Positions 12,835 to 27,415 of a stretch of 64,000 nt of DNA are shown here, piece after piece; position 1 is the stretch's first letter; every line of letters starts with the position of its first letter. The stretch covers positions 101,990,001 through 102,054,000 of the forward strand of contig OX597815.1 in the NCBI GenBank assembly GCA_951406725.2, written 5' to 3'. The DNA is from Octopus vulgaris (Eukaryota). The position numbers and the translations under genes are program-made. The notes under the pieces are model-generated. The model did not search any database. It saw only the letters and a program-made list of their open reading frames with translations, and had not been told where the DNA came from.

Positions 12835-14864
12835 GAGTGAGAATGTATATTTCATGAAAAGCAGAACAATGACAAAATAATTGCTAAATTATAGGTCTAG
12901 AGTTCTCTTACTGTGCCTAAAATTGAAGAAAAAATTATCAACAAAAAACAGAAGAGATGCATAAGTTGAAGAAAATACAATCAACACATCACGCTGAAAT
13001 GAAAATGTTATTCAAAATATAAGAAATGCAAGAATTCGTGAATATTGTTTAACAACTGAACATACCATAAGAGAAATATTTATCTGACAGTCTCTTTTAA
13101 GGTATATTCAGTAACTACTGTGCCTAATCGAAGACAATCACCACTAGACGTTTGTAATTTAATTAGCAGCCTAAGGAATCCCAGTTATAAATATTTAAAA
13201 GACAACAGATCTTGCAACTGTCTACTTGTTCAAGGGCTGCACTTTTACGCGTTTTTAGCCAAGTCTTTGATTAAGAACGTATAAATATTGATAGTAATAA
13301 GCATCTTACCAGAGGAAAATCTCGAAAATGTTTCTATTTGGTTCGAAAATGATCAGAGACATTAGATTTGAGAATCAGAATAGTGAACGGTGCGTCCCTC
13401 AAATTGTGACTTCTTTAGATCAGATAATCAGAATTAGCAATGCTTACGCTTTTAGATAATGAAGAAGCTTAGAAAGGAGGAGAACGATTATAATATCAGT
13501 TGTCTATACGAAACATTAATCAAAGATGTTATAACATACCAACACTAAATGAATCGGCAAAGATCTTTAGGAAAAACTACGGGATAGAATGCCACGGGGT
13601 TTATGCCACGATTCTACGTTCTGCATTGAAATCCCACTGATATCAACTTTACCTTTCATCCTCTCGGAATTTGATTTTTAAAAAAAGTGCCTATGCAGGG
13701 CGGTAGATGAGGAAAATTATTAGAGGTTCGGACGAGATGCATTGTGATACCTGTTCCAGCTCTTTGAAGTTAGACAGCCACGCATGAGACGATATTAGTT
13801 CCAAGCTGTATCATCACGGGTCAGCGGTTGTTTCCTCAGATTAACATTGGTGGTGTATAGGGTGGAGACCTGCGTGCATGAACAACCGAGAAATTTCCTT
13901 TTAAAAAATTGCCCAGGCCTGCATGAATGTGTAGACATGCATGGTCATTATCGACCGAGGGAAGTTCTACAATCTTGTCAAAATGAATCACTGTATCAAT
14001 TTGGAGAATACTGACAGTAACCAAGACAGAACATTAATTCTGAACTGATTAAAAGTAATTGATGCGCGACTATTAATAGGTTGCGATATGTTGCCCAAAC
14101 ATCAGGAAAAGATTAAAATAGCTCTGTTCTGTACGGTGAAAAATGATTTCAGCAATGTGTTGTCGACTCTTATTTTCATTTTGGGGTAAATAATTTGAAT
14201 TATGTGGGATATCAAACAAGATATACTAGAGTTGAACAGTATCAAAAGAATTACAAATCGTTAAATTTTGGGATATAATGACTCATGGTATTTGTTTTGT
14301 CTCTGTGTTCTGGGTTCAAATCCTACAGATATCAACTTTGTCTTTCATCCTTGTGGAAGTTGGAAAAAAGTATCAATCCAGGGCATTGGATTGGAGGAAT
14401 TGCTAGCGTCGGGAGTGAGGCATTGAGGTATTTGTTCCGACCTTTAGCGTTCTGTATCAGCGGCAACGCTTTGTTGTCTGTAATACAGAATCTGATGTAG
14501 GGTATATAGTTATTTTCCTATCAATATTTCAAGGATCTGGACGCTAGCGAAACACTATATATATGGTAAGAAGATTTAGAGAATCAGATGTATTCATGAC
14601 TAAGGCATACAATCTTGGAGATATGATATTTCTTGGACTACTCCTTTTGGCAGGCAAGAGTATTTAAGATAAAATTGACAGTCTTGTGAAATTATATCCT
14701 GGAAAATAATATTTTTCGGAAATGATAAGATGTGTTGTTATTCTATCCAATTTCGGAAACAAAGAATAATCCATTTTATCATTATGATAACCTTAGACGA
14801 ATATACATTTTATTACCCAGGCAAAACCCATATTCTATATACTGAGCTAACACTTAATGAAATA

Positions 14865-15235
14865 TTTATATATAAAAGTGAAGTTGTGTGTCTGTCTTCT
14901 ACGATTTAGATTCCTAACTACCACCACATTTTGCTGTGCAGTGTAACCAAAAGCGGGTATCTTATATTCGTGATTCATATCGAGCCCTTCTGGGTATTAG
15001 CGCGCGTCTACGATGAGTCTACGATTAAAAAAAAAAATTACCATAATTTTTTCCCATTTTTAATGCATTTTTTTGCTATTATATAACTCTCTAAAAATGT
15101 ATTATTAAATCTCAGAACGTAAAAAGCTACAGTAACACCCCCCCTTTGTGGTTAGCCATATTGAGATGGCTATTATATAGTTATTATATAGTTATTTCCC
15201 TTACAGACCCGAGCAACGCCGGGCGATACTGCTAG
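14865..15235 (+). mobile_element. Non-autonomous Helitron
   Basis: 5' T(T)TATATATAAAA start, 3' hairpin CCCG..CGGG followed by CTAG and then T. Confidence 0.75.
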
Positions 15236-17978
15236 TAATTTATAAATGTACAGTTCACGGTTACTGTGGCAACCTAAATTCTCAATGCTGTAAAATAAAT
15301 GTTGTAAAGCCTTTCCTGTGGAGTTCAAAGTATACATACAAAAGTAAACACCGACAAATATGTAATATATAGAAGACCACTGTTCAAAAACAACTCTGAA
15401 ATTTATCGAAATACATTTGACTGCAGATACGTTGTTTCTTACATCAAATCTCACTTTTAAATTTAGATGTCACATCAATAGAGAAGAATGTTTTTCAATG
15501 AAATCAGTTAACTAGATCCTCAAATATACATAAATATATAAAGCTACGGTTGCGTGATTGCTCAATTTGAAGAATTTGATAATGATTGAGGAAATGTTCA
15601 CACTGAAATCTCTCAATACTTAAATATTTGATATATTAGCGATCCTAAAGGAATGTAGTGGACTTTAGAATACAGCATGTAAGACACATCAAATGCAATT
15701 GTACAGATGGTAATTCATACGTAATGTATACAGAGCGTGTACTTCACTGAAGGAAATAAGAGATGAATACAAGAAGCTGCTAATCGGAAAAAAATACTCA
15801 CTTGATACGAGTTTCTGTTTGAATTAACAAGGGGTGTATGCACGAAGCTTGAACTTTTCATCGATTTCGTTTCATTATGATTTAACAGGAAACCTACACT
15901 GTGGAAAGCAAAATATCCCGACTCCAGGAGAAAAAAATTGAAATGTTTGCTGAACTGTAATCGTTAATGTCTAAAACAATGAAATTCAAAGAAATTTTCG
16001 AAAAAAAAAAACTTAATCTGAAATTTCGCCAAACAATGTAGTATATAGGACACCTCAGTCTGGTACCATTGTATAAGCGTGGAACATATGTATGAAAACT
16101 GAGGATCTTGTTTTTAGTATGGGTCTATGAGGTGGCACACTAGGTAGTACTGAGCTATTGGCTGTAGGAGCTCAAATTATCTAAAGAAGTTAAATACGAA
16201 TGACACACTATTTTGGAAGCCAACATTCTCTAATATGGGACTTCTGCCTAATACCAAATGGGATTTCAAGAGATTTGAATCATACACCAAGTTAGTATTC
16301 TGGAGATACATGCAATAATTAAATCTTGCAGGAAATGGTAAGATGCATTTTGGACTTGACTTCTTGAAATTGGCGGTGGAATTCAAGAAAATCATGTGAT
16401 CAACATTCCTTATATGACTGTATCGGGTGCGGCGTGTACATTTACCAACTATTTAAATATAATAATTTACCGATTATTCAAACATAAGAATGTTTCAATT
16501 TATGTAACATTCTTATTCGCAAAAATAGTATCAAATGTTTAACGCTTCCTAACATTTATTTGCTTTTCTTCACCCGTAATTAAACAAAGAAACTAAAACA
16601 AAACGCGAATAAATTATAACATTGAAAATGGCTGGTATAAATAATTGTAAGGCGATAAAACAGTTGAATGCTTGCAGAAAACCGTTTTTAATGTGTGGAA
16701 AATGTTTGAAGTGGTGCAAATAGCTTCACCAAGAAGAAATTGTTCATTTTGTACCAGAAGCCATCATTTAAGCCATCAATAAGAGGGTGAAGAGAAATAC
16801 AAAAGGGAGCATGCACTTCAGTTGCAAAAATATTAAGGGCTATGAGGAACGCAAGAGGTGGTTATTTTAAATTGTAAATATATACAAAATATCGTCAATA
16901 AGTATAATAGTCAACCAGTAAATTTCCATTAAACAAAACCTAAAACTTTTTATTTCATGATAAAATGAATAATGACCAAATATATGTGCTGCACCCGGAC
17001 ATGGATATGCAATCGGAGAAATATACGAATAATTCATCCGTCATTCATATATTTCTCCAGGAGGACATCTAGTCATCGGAAGAAGCGCAAGGACTTTTGT
17101 TTAAATAGAATAAGAACTGCATTCCGTCAAGCAGAACATCTCGTCCGTGACTATCTGAAATATATGCTAAATCTATAGATATTATAAGTGAAGAATCAAT
17201 ACATGAAATTTCGATCAAGATAATCCAAACAACTATTAACTAAAATACACTAATAATCGTATTACAAATCGCATTCCAAAATACAGAAGTGCTCACGCAT
17301 AATTATGAGGATTCGACAATAAATTCCCTATCGTGTTCTTGATTGAACAATCTTTATCAAGATGACCCCTACCCAGAAATGGAGTAAAGACTACATAATA
17401 ATACGTCCTTGATTTTTGAATTTAGGGGTTGGACATTTAAATAGTAGCTGTGTGGTCATCTTATCACTTTACGGACTTTATTTGAACGCATACACATTCG
17501 CAAGAACAAAAACAAAGAATGCATTGACCAGTAAATAAATGCATTTGTCTCTTTACAAAAAGGAAACAATTATCGGATATTCTAACAGTTTCAATGACGG
17601 CAAATCAATTGTAGGGTCAATAATTTTATGACTGGAATAATAAAATATTCCACGGGAGCGGTAAGAATATTTCATTTCTTCCATAGGTAAGTTCATCAAT
17701 GGGTAGTTGCATGTCGGTCCAATGAGAATCAGGAAATTAGCGGTCTTGCTTAGGAGGGTAAATGAAAGCACAAGGAAATCAGGTCTCATTATAAAAGATG
17801 TAATCAAGGAATTGCTACATTAAATCTTCTCATTTATAATTTGCGTTTCAATGATATACTCTGTACTCAAATAAGCAATACTTATGACAGGTACTACACT
17901 TATATATAGATATATACATACACACGTGTGTGCGTGTGCGTGTGTAAAATATGAGTAACAGTAGAGGTACAGGTGTCA

Positions 17979-18065
17979 ATACATTACGGCTGTTTCTAAC
18001 GATTCCTTTATTTGATTAATGAAAATATTACATCAGTGTAAAGAAACCGTTTTCGTCAGATGAAT
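17979..18065 (-). ncRNA. Type I hammerhead, inverted partner copy
   Basis: Same core; one mismatch each in stems I and III. Confidence 0.6.
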
Positions 18066-18225
18066 TAATGAACTTCAAAATAAAGGACACTCGAAATGAT
18101 TTAACATAGTTTAATATCCAATTCTGTCAACTGAAATAGTTGTAGAATCACTGAAAATGGTTTTGATCCGTAGATTTTAAACTATATTAAATCATTTCGA
18201 TTGGCCTTTATTTTGAAGTTCATGA

Positions 18226-18312
18226 ATTCATCTGACGAAAACGGTTTCTTTAGAATAGTGTAATGTTTTCATTAATCAATTAAAGGAGTCGTTAGAAACG
18301 GCCGTAATGGAT
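18226..18312 (+). ncRNA. Type I hammerhead ribozyme
   Basis: AUUCAU-CUGACGA-A-AACGGUUUCUUUA...UAAAGGAGUCGUU-A-GAAA-CGGCCG-UA^-AUGGAU; 13-bp stem II, palindromic stem III. Confidence 0.75.
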
Positions 18313-20051
18313 TGGCACCTGTACCTCAACTGTAACTCATTTATATTTCATTCACCTGTCTCGGAATCTACCCTTCGTAAATATTATGGACCGTATATTT
18401 AATATAATGTACGTGTCTGAATAGTTCAAGAACGGATTTTTTCACTTAGCTGGGTCTAATCGTATACATACACTGCAAGAATATCATTCGGCCGGTACTT
18501 ATGCTGGAGTGGGGTGTAGATAATATTTTATTATAGGAGGCTTAGAACAGTGGAAAGCAAGGAGAGGTTATAATATAAATTAAGGATAAAAAAATAGAGA
18601 ATAAATAAAGCAAAAGTAAGGGTTAATAAAAATAAAGCGTACAAGCCAATGAGGCATAGGGTCGGGGTTTATGATTCGCTAGCTAAGGCTAAAGGACAAA
18701 GTGAGGTGAGGAGAGGTACACAGGATTTAGGGGTATTAAATGAGATTTACAATCTGTTATAGAAATTACAATAAAAGGAATTTTAATTTTATTCGAGGTA
18801 GCAATCTATATAAATGTTTAAGGAATAAAATTATATTAAGTAAACGGTTCAGTAGACGGATACGCGAAAGAAAAGATTAGGTATAGAGCATAGAGAATAA
18901 ATATAAAAGGTAAAAATATATCTAAAAACATAATAGTAAAAAGGATGGGAATGTTCATTGGATATAGGTCAATATTTGGCTTTGAAAAGAACGGTACCTT
19001 GACGTAATTCAGGGTGACTCGTGAATGGATTGACATCAACAATTTTTTGTACTTAAGAAACTTAATGACGTATGGAATTTATGTGAATATTTTTATGGAG
19101 AGGTAAAAAATTTTCCACATAACTTCCATATAACACATTAACTTTCTTTAGTAAAATGAATCATTATTGAGGATAATCTATTTACCCCTGAATGATAAGT
19201 TATCGTTTCTTTGCTGAAACTATTAATCTGTTCCTAATAAACAATCCCACCCTTTCTATTTCGTATATTCTTTTACATTTCTGTATTAAATTTTATTTGT
19301 TTTCACCACTCCCTACTAAACCTTTACTTTCAACCTGCCGTCTGCTGGTCTGTATACTTCAAAAATTTCTTGATTATTACCGATATATCGGATCTTTTCA
19401 CTTTGACCGGCAGATTTTTAAAATAATTTCTTTGTAACTAAGCGCTTTAAACTTCGTATACTGGTAGAATGTGTTACATAAAACATCTTTTTCTCTTGGC
19501 TTTCTTGAGAAAATTGTATAGTTTGTAAGCTATTTCTTGTTTAATTTCTTGCATTTCGGCAATTTCAACCAAACAATGACGTCTATTGAGGTGAATACAA
19601 TTTCTGCCGTAGTTTGTCAACAACATTCTGCGGTGTCCAGTCAGTTTGTCACTGTTATTTATGAGAAAAAAGATACCCTTCTCCCCACCCCTAACCCTAA
19701 CCCCAATAAGGCGGGCTTCTTTTGGCTTTCGTCTACCAAATCCACTTACAAGGCTCTGGTCAAATCGAGGCCATTGTAGTAGACATTTGACCAAGATGCC
19801 ATGGTGTGCGACTGAACATGGAACCATGTTGTTGGGAAGTAAATCTTTCGTCAAATACACTTTATATACAAATGTATAAAAGCAGTTTCAAGTTAAGCAT
19901 ATACGTAGGCAGTAACATGAATAGAGAACAAGGACAAGACAAAATAGAAAAACTCCCAAGAGCACGAGCGAACACATGCACACATTTGAATGCACGTATA
20001 AGCGAACATATGCATACATACCTACATGCATACACACATGCATATATATAT

Positions 20052-20162
<111 letters not shown>

Positions 20163-20203
20163 GTATGTATGTATATGTATATGTATATATATATATATGT
20201 ATG

Positions 20204-20297
<94 letters not shown>

Positions 20298-20647
20298 CAT
20301 ATACATATGCATATACATATACATATAAATATACATGTAAGTATTAATTCCTTTGTAGAATCTATTTTCAGAACACAACTACCACTACGCTTGTGTTGAA
20401 GGTTTTATCCATTTTCCAGTCTTTCAAACGAAGATCAATACGTTACACCGTTAACCAATATATTCCTTTGTTATCCATCGCTAAAGAATAAGTGCTTGTT
20501 TGATATTTAATTTTTTTTTCTTCTCTGTGCTCTTTATAAATGTCCCATTCTCTGCAATCGTTCGAAGATCGGCAAACGGAATGAAAGAATAACGGCTTTT
20601 AAATTTCAGTTTTCAATAAATTTCATCTCTCTTTCCCCCTCTCTCTG

Positions 20648-20742
<95 letters not shown>

Positions 20743-21177
20743 AAGTATGTATATATACACAGACATAAATATACATTCATACAGGCATGTGAATATGCGT
20801 GTATTTATATGTGTGCGAGTGTGTATGTGTACATGTGTGTATATATATATATGTGTGTGTGTATGTATATATGTATGTATTTATGTATGTATGAATGAAT
20901 GTATATCTGTATGAGTGTATGTATGTATGTATGTATGTATGTATGTATGTATGTATGTATGTATGTATGTATGTATGTATGTATGTATGTATGTATACGT
21001 ATATAGTAATCCGCACCGTTATTTGTGGGATCACTAAAAAAAACACTGCATCCAGTGAGAAATAAATATCGCTTGATATACAGAGGATTTAAAAGCGAGC
21101 AATTATTAGTTTCATGTTTCTGAAAATACAATGGTCGGAAATTAATAGCAGCTTGCTTTTAAAATCTCTCTCCACCT

Positions 21178-21218
<41 letters not shown>

Positions 21219-21299
21219 CATACATACATACATACATACATACATACCTACCTACATACATACATACATACATAAATACATACATACATACATACATAC

Positions 21300-21339
<40 letters not shown>

Positions 21340-21341
<2 letters not shown>

Positions 21342-21630
21342 CCGCCGCCGTGACCGACCAGGCTATCAGATATTGCTACACATCGCTGGTCACAATGCGC
21401 TTCGCATTGTTTTAGCCTTTAAATGACGCCACCCCGCTGGCTAAGCGAGCAGGCCAGCAGAAGAAAGAGTGAGAGAAAGTTGTGGCGAAAGATTACAGCA
21501 GGGATCGCCACCACCCCACTGCCGGAGCCTCGTGGTGCTTTAGGTGTTTTCACTCAATAAATACTCACAACGCCCGGTCTGGGAATCGAAACCGCGAGTC
21601 CGCTGCCCTAACAACTGGGCCATTGCGCCT

Positions 21631-21632
<2 letters not shown>
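21340..21632 (-). mobile_element. tRNA-derived SINE (family 3)
   Basis: Minus head GGAGGCGCAATGGCCCAGTTGTTAGG with B-box-like TTCGATTCCC. Confidence 0.75.
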
Positions 21633-21705
<73 letters not shown>

Positions 21706-23175
21706 CATACATGCATACATGTCCACGAGCCAAATCCACTTACATAGACATACATATATTTATGTGTGCGTGTATGAGTATGTTTGTGTATCCGAGAGAG
21801 AGTGAGTGTTTGTATATATCTGGCAGTGAGTCAATAATTCAGGGTTGGTGCCCGGCATACAGAAAACCCATAGGGATTGATACATCCCTTAACTCTCGTT
21901 AATGGATACATCTTGGGTAAGACTACTCTGATATAAATCCGTGGTATATAGAATGAGACTTCCGTCACCTGCAGTTGTCCATGACACTCTCACACTTTGG
22001 AATCTGTCATCTTTATTGACGCTCGTGTCTCTGTGTCATATGGTTTATCTCTGTATAATACATGTGGAGTGAAGGTCTATCTCTTGTTGGAAAACCTTAT
22101 AGGACCTAAAATTCTGCTCAACCGCTGCTTACACTTTGGTCAGTTTTTGGTTTTCCTAGTCACAAATGGAGCGACAACTTCTGTCTGTCAGTCTGTCTGC
22201 TTCTGCCTTTGTCTTACACACACACACACACACACACACATGTAGATGTATATTCGTCTATATGTGCCCGTGTTTGCATGTGTAAAGGAGTGTGCATGAC
22301 TGTGGTGTGTGTGTGTGTGTGTGTGTGTGTGTTGTGTATGTATGTGGTTGCTCAGTTTAGCACAATAAGTTTCTTAAATCTATCGTTATATCTAGTACTT
22401 CACAGTGTCATCTTCGAAATATAATTGTGATAGTGGCGCATTGTAGTTAAGCGTTAAACAATTTTAGATCCGCAAGTGATGAATTTTTATCTGCTAAAAT
22501 CCGGGTCGGCACACTTTTTTAGAGGGTAGGTGGAATTAGAAACATTTTTATGTTTTGCGGACCAAGGCAAATAAAAAAAAATGAACCTATGATCATACAA
22601 GTTTATGGAAACAGCTTGTTTTTTAATTACTTTAATATATTTATTTATTTATTATAAACGTTTAGTATAGAATGACATGAATGTTTTCCATCAGTGATAT
22701 AAAGAATAGTGAAAGGAGCAGGCGTTTCCTAAGACACGGCCCGTTTAATTACGTTAATAAAAATATTTCCTTTGGTAAGTCACAGCAGGTTCATAAATTC
22801 AACGCAGAATAATGTATATGAACGAATTAGAACATTGAAAATAACACAGTACTACAGCTATATATCAGCATCAAGTGAACAGTACGATAGACGAAAATGA
22901 ACAACTGCCACAACTGGGGGTAGTATATCTCATTAAAGACAAATGTTTTAGTATCAATATTTAAAGTCAAAGAAAAACACTTTTTAAAAAAATTTTGCAA
23001 CAGATTAGATAAATGTGTGATATCATGCATATAAAAATCTTTTTTCGGTGGTCGGGCAGTTATCGACAAAAGTTTTTTCTGGAAAATGGGGTAATACTCA
23101 GGTTTCTAGCACTTTAGACAGCTATACAATATCCTAGCATACAAGAGGAAGTGTTTGCTGAGCAGCCAAGAAAAG

Positions 23176-24150
23176 CAATGTTTCCCAACCAGGGGCCATG
23201 GCAAAGTTCAGTCGCGCGACAGTAAAATATGGGCTACAGGCTCAATGAAGTGGCTCACACAACTCCAAATCTCTTTCTTCCTAAAAGTCTGTTATGTCTG
23301 TGATTCATTAAAATTTACTCACACACATACATACAACGCAATTTCTATATCTTAATTTCCATTATGACAGAAAATGAATATTTATCATTGATGAATAATG
23401 TACCAAGTTGGCATTAGAAAGTCCTGTGTGGATTAAATATTATGTTACTGCTTTGAAGTCTATACATCCAGTACCAATCTCTAAGGGTAATTGCCTGCGT
23501 CGCTTCGTTGAACATTAGGAGAGTGTTGTAATGTTTCTGAATGGTAAGTAGTTTGGAGAAGAAATTCTAGTTACCAAATGTGACATATTCTACCTTTCAG
23601 ATAAATTTTCTGAACCAGCAATTACTAGGTAAAAATACAATTACTTTCATTTTCAAAAAGGCAACTAATGCTTTCCTTGCCACTATTGAGGAGGAACTGC
23701 AAGAGGATGATATGTTAGTGAACACTTAGCACTTGAAGAAATTACTCAGTGATATGGAAATTAGATTCAAAGATGTCCTGGAAATGAACATTCTAAGCTG
23801 AGTGGTAAAGACTCCTGGGATAAAATGCTTCTGATTTTAGACAGCATACTATATGAAAGCCATGTTAAGCGACCGAGTAATCAAACTGCTCGAACCAACT
23901 TTAATCAATAATGACGGATGAGTAGTAAAATTGCTATGAAATTCCCATTGTGCTGGCAGGAAGTAAAATTATATTTCATTGTCTTTCCTAAATCTTACCT
24001 AGTTGAGTCAGGTTTTAGCCGAATGTGATTTCTACCATCAAAAGCTCGCATTCGCTGAAAAATTGTAAGCTCAAGTGATATTCGTTTCTGTCTAACAACT
24101 ATGGATTTTGATATTGCAAAATTGTGAAACTGCGTAAGCCACACGGATTT
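23176..24150 (+). mobile_element. Decayed hAT (Charlie/Buster-like) transposon
   Basis: Start CAATGTTTCCCAACC; C-terminal dimerisation-like block KFPLCWQEVKLYFIVFPKSYLVESGFS at ~23939-24020. Confidence 0.7.
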
Positions 24151-24734
24151 TACTGAATAAATTCTGTAAAATGGTAATATAATGCTTATTACTTCTTGTT
24201 TTTTTTTTTTTTTTTGGTTCTTGTTACAGGAATTTAGTTTTGTGCTCAAAAAGCGATTGTTATTTAGAAATTATTAATTTTCAGGATGTCAGTAAAGTTT
24301 TTTTTATGTTATATCAGAAAAAAATGTATGATTATAACTGCTTGTTTTATTGAAGCCACAAAATGTGTAATTAACAGACACTGAGACTTTTATTGAGTTT
24401 ATTACGTTAATACCAGAAAACAAATCACCTTTAACAAAATTTCTTTCAATGTTTATTATCACAAATTTTTGTGCAAATATTTTCATTACAAGGTATCAAT
24501 TTTAAAACATTCAAAGAAATAAATTTTGTAATAAAAAAATTATTTAAAACAATATTTAAAATTTCGTTTATTTGAGAAATTTTACCAATTTTATTTTTAT
24601 TACAGGTTTCATGTCTTTCAATAGTGACCTGTTTTTACTATTAACCATTTATTACAACCTTGAAGTACTTTTTCATTAACAATGTCTTGAAGCCATAGAA
24701 AAATTTAATTTTCCAAGTGAGCGGGGAATTTATA

Positions 24735-25947
24735 CAGGGTGTTCCAAAAGTGCATACACTTAAATAGCAGATAACTTAATTTACATTTCTTTTTAGATTT
24801 AACCCATTACAAATAATGAAGGAAGAGTATAAACTTTGAACGAAGGAAATTTATCATAAAGTGTAACTAGAAGTTTGAAAACTCAGTTAAAGAGCAAAGA
24901 CAGTTTATAAGGGTGTTGAAACAGATCCACCAACGAAACTTACTATCACACAATTTAAAGATCAGTATAAAACAAATGGAACAATTCAGAATATCCAAAA
25001 GAAATGTACCGGAAGACCGCAGGGCTCCCAAAAACAGAAAAATGAGTACAAGAAATGTGTTGTCAGAATTCAGAAAATCTGTATGACAAGCGAGTCTTGA
25101 GATAGGAATTTCAAAATCAAGCACCCATCGTATTTTGAAACACTGTAATCGTAAAAATATATATTTCAAGAATAGTCCATGCTTTTAATGTAAATGATGC
25201 GGACCGAAGATTGGAGTTTTGCAAATGGTACTTGTCAAGATGTATAGAAAATGTGCGCTTTTCAACAAATGTCGTTTGGAGTGATGAAATTATATTTAAA
25301 ATAAATGGCTTAGTTAACCACCCCAGCTATATCTATGGGGATCTGAGAACACTCATATTACAGGGACAATTGTATTAACTTATCTTCAAAAGGATTAATT
25401 GGACCATTCTTTTTAAGGCTACTGTGATTAGTCCCGTGTACTCGAACTTGCTACGGCAATCTGGCATACAAAGCATTCAAGAGGACTTCAAAGATGTAGA
25501 GTTTAACTTACTGCAAGACAGGACACTTCAACAATACCCTAATAATACAAGAATCTACCTTGGGGAAATTTTACCAGGCTGGTGGCTTGGATGAAGAGGT
25601 TCAGTAGAATACCTACTGCATTAATCGAACCTTGTACCACTAAACGTTTTATGGTGAGACTTACAAGAGAAATGGATGGCGAATTAATAGCTGCCATTGA
25701 ACGAGAATGAGCACAAATACCGAACTAAATATTTCCTGATGCTTATATTTCCAATGCTTCACCTTATCAACAATGTGTGAAGCAGGTCGCTCAGCAGTTT
25801 GAAAATGGACATTCATACAAAAAAAATTAAATTCTGTCTTTAGGTTCTATCAAAATTTTGAAAATGAAATTATTTAATAAATGCAAACTCTGCTTCTATA
25901 ATCATTCAATGTGTGTATAATTTTTTTGATGGGAAGAACACCCTCTG
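24735..25947 (+). mobile_element. Heavily decayed Tc1/mariner-superfamily transposon
   Basis: TA-CAGGGTGTTC ... GAACACCCT(CT)G-TA ends; residual VVWSDE and LQD motifs and a decayed SPDLxPLD-like region. Confidence 0.65.
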
Positions 25948-26061
25948 TATATCTGATCTTCAGTTACATGATCAGCAATATAAACTGCGAAGTCAGTGGT
26001 ATAACATCTGTATTTATGTTTGTATGTATCTGTAAAAGAAGCTTCACAACATTCTTTATGC

Positions 26062-26120
<59 letters not shown>

Positions 26121-26154
26121 TAATAATAATAATGAGGATAATAACAACAACAAC

Positions 26155-26230
<76 letters not shown>

Positions 26231-26241
26231 GCAATAATAAT
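26062..26241 (+). repeat. (TAA)n microsatellite; further tracts at 26654-26727 and 29532-29645
   Basis: Directly visible. Confidence 0.95.
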
Positions 26242-26242
26242 A

Positions 26243-26653
26243 GGCGTACCACCGAAAGCCTGATCATTGCTGCATAAGACCAGACTCTTGCTATCAATTC
26301 AGTGAAGTATAACATCTATAAAACTTCTGACACACAAAAATACAGCCTCTTTGAAAAGAGTGTGGAAAATGTGACCCACTTGGTAAGAGGATGTGAGAGC
26401 CTTGCATAAAAAAAAAATTCAAAGCGCCGCCACGATAAAGTGGTGATCGGAGCATTGGGCTTTAATGCCATTGAAACTTCAAAACTTCTTAAGGCAGCTG
26501 GAAATCCTATGCAAGATTGACGTCTTGCAAAAAGCAGCATTATTGGACACAGCGCACATCTTGAGGAAAGTGTTATTTGTCTCAGGTCCTTGTTGTGACT
26601 TGACAGATGACAGAAGACTCCGGTACATTTTTAATTACACTGTATTACGAAGG
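26243..26653 (+). mobile_element. Old internally deleted 3' fragment of a Dong/R4-type LINE
   Basis: TESLIIAA*DQTL, ENVTHLVRGC, RRHDKV and LQKAALLDTAHILRKVL motifs; flanked by (TAA)n. Confidence 0.75.
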
Positions 26654-26668
26654 AATAATAATAATAAT

Positions 26669-26727
<59 letters not shown>

Positions 26728-27415
26728 GCACAAAGGACCCGCCGGTACGAGAAACGCCAACGTCTTTTGAACAAAACAAACAGTTCAACTCCAACCCCAA
26801 AAAGTTCTACCAAGAACTTGGCAAAAATAAAATAGAAATCACTGCAGCACTAACGGCAGAAGAAGTAGAAGAATTCTGGAGAGAAATATGGTCGGCGAAC
26901 GAACAACCAAAAGAAATATTAACCAAAATAGATATTAAAACAACAAACTCAGCATCTGAGCAACTTTGGACCCCATAACAACTAAAGAGGTCACCCAGGC
27001 ACTGCAAAGACTAAGCAACTGGAAGGCACCAGGGCATGAAAAGATCCCCAACTTCTAGTTGAAATATCTAACAGGAATGCACAAAAAGCTGGCTGAAAAC
27101 TTTAACAACATACTGACTGAGCCAGAGACAATGCTTGAATGGCTCACGAAGGGGAAAACCATCTTAATTCCCAAATCAAATGAGACAGCAAAACCATAAA
27201 ACTACAGACCTATAACCTGTCTCCCTACAATGTACAAAGCATTTACTGCAGTAATATCACAAAGATTGAACAAGCACCTGGACGAAAACAACCTGTTTCA
27301 GAAGAGCAGAAAGGATGCCGCAAATGCTCATATGGCTGTAAAGATCAATTAATGATCAATAAAGCCATAACTGAAGACAGCCACAGAAAGAAGAAAGGCC
27401 TCAGTATGGCCTGGA

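Larger units (their letters stand above)
17950..18342. repeat. Imperfect inverted repeat (~165-bp arms, ~60-bp spacer), each arm carrying a hammerhead
   Basis: 17950-18113 is the diverged reverse complement of 18179-18342. Confidence 0.9.

Noticed and set aside
19689-19704. Telomere-like CCCTAACCCTAACCC
   Set aside because: Only about two units, inside a probable repeat.
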